NCBI GenBank assembly: GCA_965208575.1
Contig: CBDBOV010000002.1
Location: 608,001 to 672,000 of the forward strand
Direction: 5' to 3'
Length of the DNA: 64,000 nt
DNA from: Spirochaetia bacterium
GTDB taxonomy: Bacteria > Spirochaetota > Spirochaetia > SZUA-6 > Bin103
Part shown: piece after piece, positions 58,968 through 64,000 of the stretch
Position numbering within the stretch: the stretch's first letter is position 1
How the letters are laid out: each line of letters begins with the position of its first letter
The notes under the pieces: model-generated
The model's input: the letters and a program-made list of their open reading frames with translations, nothing else
Told to the model about the DNA's origin: nothing
Databases searched by the model: none
Program-made: the position numbers and the translations under genes

Positions 58968-59019
58968 CGGCACCTGCGAACATAGTAGTACGACCCGCCC
59001 CGCCGGCAAACAGCCGCCC

Positions 59020-59046
59020 GCGGTGGGAGCGGTGGGAGCGGTGGGA
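59020..59046 (+). repeat. GCGGTGGGA x3 tandem repeat
   Basis: Read directly in the uvrC/tRNA-Ala divergent intergenic region. Confidence 0.8.
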
Positions 59047-59117
59047 GTAGGCGCGGCCCGCGATTAGTGGCATATTGAGCCGGCCCGCGCCTGCCCGCAG
59101 GAGCGCGGCCCGCGACC

Positions 59118-59190
59118 GGGGGATTAGCTCAGGTGGTAGAGCGATTGGTTCGCAATCAATAGGTCAGGGGTTCGAGTCCCCTATCCTCCA
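59118..59190 (+). tRNA. tRNA-Ala(CGC)
   Basis: GGGGGAT/ATCCTCC acceptor with G3:U70, TTCGCAA loop, GTTCGAGTC T-arm. Confidence 0.95.
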
Positions 59191-59325
59191 TCGATTTCCC
59201 ATGACATCCATTTGCGCGCGACCGTCCGCCGCGGCTGGCGCGCCGCGTACCGATGCAACCGCGGCGTCCATTGGTCGCGGCGGAAGTGGACCGACACAAG
59301 TATTCGCGGTAGCCTGTTCGTCAGG

Positions 59326-60102
59326 ATGGCTGCCGCACCGAAGATCGACTCCCTGCAGGATCTGATCCGCGCGCTCGACGAGCACCCGGAGTGGGTGGAT
59401 GAGTTGCGGGCCCGGCTGCTGCCGCGAGAATTGCTGGAGCTGCCGCAGATACTCGCCGACTTCATCGCCGCGACGGACAAGCGCTTCGAGGCTATCGAAA
59501 CACGGCTCGACCGCCTGGAGGACGGGCAAGCCCGGATCCGGGAAGACATGGCGCTGCTGCAGGACGGGCAAGCCCGGCTACGGGATGACGTGGCGCTGCT
59601 GCAGGACGGGCAAGCCCGGCTACAGGATGACGTGACGCTGCTGAAGGACGGGCAAGCCCGAATACGGGATGACATGGCGCTGCTGAAGGGCGGGCACGCG
59701 AGAACCGTGGCCGAACGTCAGGCCGTCCTCATCGTCGAGGACTTGGGTCTGGAGTACGTGCGCACGCTGAACTTCGAAGACATCACGAACATGGTGCGCA
59801 CTCACGACACGAGCGGCCTCGGGGCGAACGACCTGCGCAGCTTCCGACTGGCGGACCTGATCCTGGAAGCGAAGGAACAGCCGGGTGCAACCTGTTACGT
59901 GGCGGTAGAGATCTCCTTCACGGTCAACGGCAGGGACACGAGGCGCGTGCTACGCAACGCGGAGTATCTGCGCAGGTTCACTGGCCAGCCAGCACATGCC
60001 GTGGTCGCCGGCGTGCACGTCGACGAGCGCATCCGCGAACCCATCGCCGCCAGCGAGGTATCCTGGTATCGGCTGGACCGCAACTCACTGGAAGTCGCCT
60101 AG
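59326..60102 (+). CDS. Heptad-repeat coiled-coil protein with PD-(D/E)XK-like C-terminal domain
   Basis: LDEHPEW..ELR..LL N-terminus, 14-aa repeats, ADLI...VAVEIS.T....D..R. Confidence 0.8.
   Translation: MAAAPKIDSLQDLIRALDEHPEWVDELRARLLPRELLELPQILADFIAATDKRFEAIETRLDRLEDGQARIREDMALLQDGQARLRDDVALLQDGQARLQDDVTLLKDGQARIRDDMALLKGGHARTVAERQAVLIVEDLGLEYVRTLNFEDITNMVRTHDTSGLGANDLRSFRLADLILEAKEQPGATCYVAVEISFTVNGRDTRRVLRNAEYLRRFTGQPAHAVVAGVHVDERIREPIAASEVSWYRLDRNSLEVA
59515..59691 (+). repeat. 42-bp coding tandem repeat, about 4.2 copies
   Basis: L(E/Q/K)DGQAR(I/L)(R/Q)(E/D)D(M/V)(A/T)L units. Confidence 0.92.
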
Positions 60103-60171
60103 CTGCCTACCCCGGCGGAACCGAGGATTTTTGCGAATCTTGACCAGGCATCGCTACCGCGGCCGCAGGGG

Positions 60172-60927
60172 TCAGAACCGGTAGCGTATGCCTAGCTCGA
60201 TGTGGTGGCCGAGCGCGAGGGCGACCTTGTTGTCGTTTTCGAAGGTGGCCTCGGTGGTGCCCGTCAGGCGGTAGCCGATACTGGTCGTCAGTCCGTCGAA
60301 GACGTAAAAGCCGACGCCGGCGGCCCCCTGGAAGGCCAGCGCCCACACCGAACCGGATAGGTCGTACGGGTCTATCCTGGGGTCTTCGATCACTGTGACG
60401 GAGATCTGCGACGCGCCGACGCCGGCGCCGATGTACGGGGTGACCAGCGTGCCGGTGTCGATGTCGTAGTAGACGGAGGCAACTACGTCCAGAAAGCTGA
60501 TGGAACTGTCGTCCCAGTCGACCTTCTCCAGTGCGTCATTGGCGGGCTTGAGGACGGCTTCTTCCGTAACGTCGAGGTATTTCGTGAGTGTGACGGAGGT
60601 GACCGGTGCTGTGCGGTAGCCGAACGACAACTCGGGGCGGAATCCCGAAATCGAGTACCCGGCTGCGAGCCGGCCCCCCAGGAGTCCCCAGTCGGTGCCG
60701 GCGTCGGCGTCGGTCTGGGTGTCGCCCGCCGCAGGAGCGTGGAAGGTTGTGGTGCCCGGCACCGCCAGCCCGTAGGTGGCGGCGACGTACATTCCGTCGG
60801 CGGTTGCCATCAAATCGTAGTAGTCCGATTGTCCTTCCGCGAACGCGGCGAGCGGTGCCAGCAGGAGCACAGCGCCGCAAAGAAGTCCCAAGCGTTTGAT
60901 CGTCCGTGTGATTGTCGTGATTGTCAT
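60172..60927 (-). CDS. Outer-membrane beta-barrel (opacity/OmpA-like) protein
   Basis: Signal peptide, YYDIDTG...TPYIGAGVG, AFQG.AG, C-terminal IRYRF. Confidence 0.85.
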   Translation of the reverse strand: MTITTITRTIKRLGLLCGAVLLLAPLAAFAEGQSDYYDLMATADGMYVAATYGLAVPGTTTFHAPAAGDTQTDADAGTDWGLLGGRLAAGYSISGFRPELSFGYRTAPVTSVTLTKYLDVTEEAVLKPANDALEKVDWDDSSISFLDVVASVYYDIDTGTLVTPYIGAGVGASQISVTVIEDPRIDPYDLSGSVWALAFQGAAGVGFYVFDGLTTSIGYRLTGTTEATFENDNKVALALGHHIELGIRYRF

Positions 60928-61018
60928 TGCGCCATCACCGTGCAACCTCTGCGCACCGGTGTCAAGGAGCTGCGCCGTATGGCGGGGGTCGCGGGTTTGC
61001 GGCTATCCTCCGCCTACC

Positions 61019-61576
61019 GTGATCGTATCGCGAGAGACCCTGCTGGAACTCATGGCGGCCGGCGAGGTGGTGGTGGAGCCGCTCCATCAGGAACACATGC
61101 AGCCCGCATCGATCGACCTGACCCTCGGCAGCCACTTCCTGAAGGTGGATGAAAACGCCATCGACCGGATTACGCTGGATTCGGAGTTGCGCTACCTCGA
61201 CCTGCACGCCGACAGCGAGACGGAGGAGATCGTGATCCCGCCGCTGTCGTTCCTGCTCGCCGTGACCCGCGAGCGCATCCGGCTGCCGGCCAACATGACC
61301 GCGTTCGTGGAGGGGCGCAGCTCGATCGGGCGCATCGGCCTGTTCATCCAGAACGCCGGCTGGGTCGACCCCGGCTTCGACGGCACCATCACCCTGGAGC
61401 TGTTCAACGCCAACCGCCTGCCGATCCGCCTGCGCGCCGGCCGCCGGATCTGCCAGATCGTGTTCGCACAACTCGACCGCAGCACCAGCCGCCCCTACCA
61501 GGGCAAGTACCAGCACCAGTCAGCCGCCGTCGGCAGCCTCATCCACCTCGACACGACCACGGGCCGGGAAGAGTGA
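61019..61576 (+). CDS. dcd: dCTP deaminase
   Basis: QPASIDLTLG, EGRSSIGRIG, AGWVDPGF.G.ITLE, ICQ, Y.GKYQ.Q. Confidence 0.95.
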   Translation: MIVSRETLLELMAAGEVVVEPLHQEHMQPASIDLTLGSHFLKVDENAIDRITLDSELRYLDLHADSETEEIVIPPLSFLLAVTRERIRLPANMTAFVEGRSSIGRIGLFIQNAGWVDPGFDGTITLELFNANRLPIRLRAGRRICQIVFAQLDRSTSRPYQGKYQHQSAAVGSLIHLDTTTGREE

Positions 61577-61836
61577 CATAGAAGTAGGTGGCGTACTTGC
61601 CACCACGCGCGCAACGGTGAGCAGTCCGGGCACCGCTAAATGCGATTCCTCAACTCTGAACTCTGGGTGTCGCTCGACAACGCGAACACGGTGCACCGTG
61701 CCGGTGGCGTCCTCTTGTTCCGCCTCCTTCGACCGCCTACGTGCCGGCTCCCCGCGACCCGCCCCCGGCGCGCTTTCCAACCATTGGGTGAGAAGGGCAG
61801 GAACGGCGCAAAGAATTGTGCGGGGGTGTATTTCGC

Positions 61837-62313
61837 TCACTGCTCCGCTTCCGCCTTCGTTGCAGCGTCCAGGGCGCGCATATACCGACCGCACCCGTTC
61901 CCCTCACTGGTGACTCGTCGCATCTTGTCGGTTTCGCCGTCCACCTCGGCGACGAGCCGGCAACGGTAGTTGTAAGTCGTTGTTCTGGTACCGTGCGTAG
62001 TTGATTGCCCCGTGTAGGTGTAGCTGTTGAACGTCTGCTGGTCGTACACCGTGCCCGTGTGGTATGTGGTGTTGGTGGAGGGAAGCGTTAAGTTGAAGTT
62101 GCCGGAGCGCTCCCATACGTACAGGGTCACGCCGTCCAAGTAGGCGATCGTCGCGGTCGGGTAGCCGATCGCGACGACCAGCGCAGTAACGCTACGCCCG
62201 TGGTAAGGGGCCAGCACCTCGGTGGCGGGGAGGGTGACGCACGCACCTAGCACACTAGCAGCCGCGAGTGTGACGAGCAGGCGGGAGGCCAAGCGGCGGT
62301 CATTCATGGTCAT
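61837..62313 (-). CDS. Putative lipoprotein
   Basis: Lipobox VLGAC; G.P, YVW, Thr-rich segment, C-terminal Cys pair. Confidence 0.7.
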   Translation of the reverse strand: MTMNDRRLASRLLVTLAAASVLGACVTLPATEVLAPYHGRSVTALVVAIGYPTATIAYLDGVTLYVWERSGNFNLTLPSTNTTYHTGTVYDQQTFNSYTYTGQSTTHGTRTTTYNYRCRLVAEVDGETDKMRRVTSEGNGCGRYMRALDAATKAEAEQ

Positions 62314-62318
62314 GTGCT

Positions 62319-62513
62319 CTATCCGGCCTTGCGCTCCGGTTCGGCCGCTCGTTCCGCAAGCTGGTATTGCTGCGCACGATCTCCAGGCAGCATAGCGCGA
62401 ATCGCGTTCAACTCGCCGCGCAACGTCAGCCTGTCCGTCAGTTCCGGCCACAGCGCGCATAGCGCGCCCCGTTCCTCGCCCGTCGCGCCCCTGTATAGCC
62501 TCGCATCGTTCAT
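62319..62513 (-). CDS. Small hypothetical protein
   Basis: ATG with GAGG-like RBS, fills the gap between two co-oriented lipoprotein genes. Confidence 0.4.
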   Translation of the reverse strand: MNDARLYRGATGEERGALCALWPELTDRLTLRGELNAIRAMLPGDRAQQYQLAERAAEPERKAG

Positions 62514-62568
62514 TTGCCGCCTCTCGATTTCCAGCGCCTGGCGGGGGGAACCCCGACGGGGTCGCTTA

Positions 62569-63378
62569 CTACAGGGCACTACACCGACGCACGTACTCGG
62601 TCCAAGCGGCACCGTCGTTGGGCTCTACGTCTACCACCCCGGTGCTGCCGTCAATGCTGAAGTGTAGATCCTCGTGGTGGCGGTGCAGCGTGGCGAAGCC
62701 ATTGGTCGCAACGTCCCGCATGTCCACCTTGCCAGTCATTCTGTTCACGTCGTGGAACAGTAAGGCCCAGTTCACCAGCACTGGTTCGGCATCATCATAC
62801 TCCCAGTGCTTGATCCACTTGAAGCGATCCGCGAGTCCGGCGACTTGGGCATCCACGCCAAACCCATACTCATCACCGGGATGATTGGCGAATCGTTCCT
62901 CAATGTAGGTGGTGGGATTGAAGTCGCCGGCGCGCAGGAGGTGGATGGTGATGCGCGTCGGTTCGTCGCACATGTGGGCCGCGTGGAACAAGCCCTCAAC
63001 CGTATTCCCGACGCCAGGCCCCCCTACGCAGTCGACAATGTGCCCCGTACCGTAGTCCCAATCAACGGCGAAGACGACGCACGCCCCGTACTCGCGCGCA
63101 TCGCGGAAACGGAAGTGCGTCAAATCGCTGAACCCTTCGGTGGCGCCGGCGCGCCGGCGCCCGCTGGCGTTGGCGAGCGGCTCGGCGACGGCGCCGTTCG
63201 GCAGGACCGACCACCGCTCCAGAAGCTCGGCCGCGCCGATCTCCCGGAATAACCGCTCCGGCTGGTTCGCCTCGGGCTGCTTCGGCGGCGGTTTGGTGGT
63301 GTCCACTACCTCATCGCAGCCGGCCAAAGCGACTATGGCGACCGTGGCCGCAACCAATGAGATGATCCTCGCCGTCAT
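62569..63378 (-). CDS. Putative lipoprotein
   Basis: Signal peptide with ALAGC lipobox, GGGGAG RBS. Confidence 0.7.
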   Translation of the reverse strand: MTARIISLVAATVAIVALAGCDEVVDTTKPPPKQPEANQPERLFREIGAAELLERWSVLPNGAVAEPLANASGRRRAGATEGFSDLTHFRFRDAREYGACVVFAVDWDYGTGHIVDCVGGPGVGNTVEGLFHAAHMCDEPTRITIHLLRAGDFNPTTYIEERFANHPGDEYGFGVDAQVAGLADRFKWIKHWEYDDAEPVLVNWALLFHDVNRMTGKVDMRDVATNGFATLHRHHEDLHFSIDGSTGVVDVEPNDGAAWTEYVRRCSAL

Positions 63379-64000
63379 TCATTCTCCCCGTGTGGCGCAG
63401 TTCTCGCGCCAGTGTGGTGCCGCAAACGTGCTCCGAAGTGCGCATCCTCGTCAGATACCCCTCGCACTGCGGCCAGAGATCCCCCACCTCCTTGGCAGGG
63501 TACTCTCCTGTGCCATCCTCTCAGTTCGCGAATACGAATATATCAGCTAGGATGGGGACAGATCGTGTAATTATAGTGTCACACTGTGGTTTTCCCGTGC
63601 ACCTTTTGTGAATAGCCAGTGCCGTGTGACAACTCCCAGCAGTGGCGAGCTACTCAAGGGTTCTGAGCGTCCGGCCAGCCGGGGGCAGGCTGTGAGGGAA
63701 GTGGCGAACAGCGGTTAAGTGCAACGGCGGTTACCGCGGTTACCGTGTCATATTCGAGGGACTGTTTCGTGGTTCCAGCTCAGAATGCAGGGGCTGGAGA
63801 ACACCGAGATCGCTCGGCTGACCAAGTGCGACCGCGCGCCCAACGTCCTGCGAGGGCTTCGTTCGCCTCCACCCCAGCCTACAATTCCTGCACTTGCCCG
63901 TCGGACAGTTCTGGATTCTGTCGCCCGTTACGGGTTCGCAACTTCCGGCCCGTCGTCGGTGTGGTCAACTACTTATGATACAGGGCGCTACCGCTGCTCC

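Noticed and set aside
58976-58992. LexA box upstream of uvrC (CGAACATAGTAGTACG)
   Set aside because: Only one GAAC half-site with wrong spacing for GAAC-N4-GTTC, and no similar site before lexA.
59515-59691. 42-bp (and 21-bp at 38396-38479) repeats as CRISPR arrays
   Set aside because: The units are contiguous, in frame and coding, with no unique spacers and no cas genes.
59191-64000. Integrative element inserted at tRNA-Ala
   Set aside because: No integrase or duplicated tRNA 3' end was seen, and the housekeeping gene dcd lies within the region.

Overview
This is a high-GC bacterial chromosomal window. It is most likely from a Spirochaetota member, inferred from the ymdB-like/lptC/lptA/lptB/rpoN/hpf/hprK/HPr/lexA/holA gene order and spirochaete-style signal peptides; this is not proven. 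The left end is a lower-GC island (SAM methyltransferase, mini-HlyD plus two ABC exporters, SDR). The island encloses a shattered nadB-nadA-nadC operon whose fragments are inverted and nested: a 968-bp nadB segment sits inside nadC between 11-bp direct repeats. The middle holds GH95 and GH31 glycosidases, toxin-antitoxin loci and remnants, an Opp-type ABC importer, two low-GC candidate defence genes, F420 genes (cofE, npdG, an LLM enzyme), tRNA-Leu, metG and assorted housekeeping genes. The right part holds the lpt-rpoN-lexA-holA block, uvrC, tRNA-Ala, a heptad-repeat protein, dcd and low-GC lipoproteins. Several independent scars look like replication template switching: the nad scramble, a perfect 21-bp hairpin at a frameshift, and an 84-bp in-frame duplication. 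No CRISPR array, rRNA or intact transposase/integrase was seen. All calls come from motif recognition by eye; no database searches were run.
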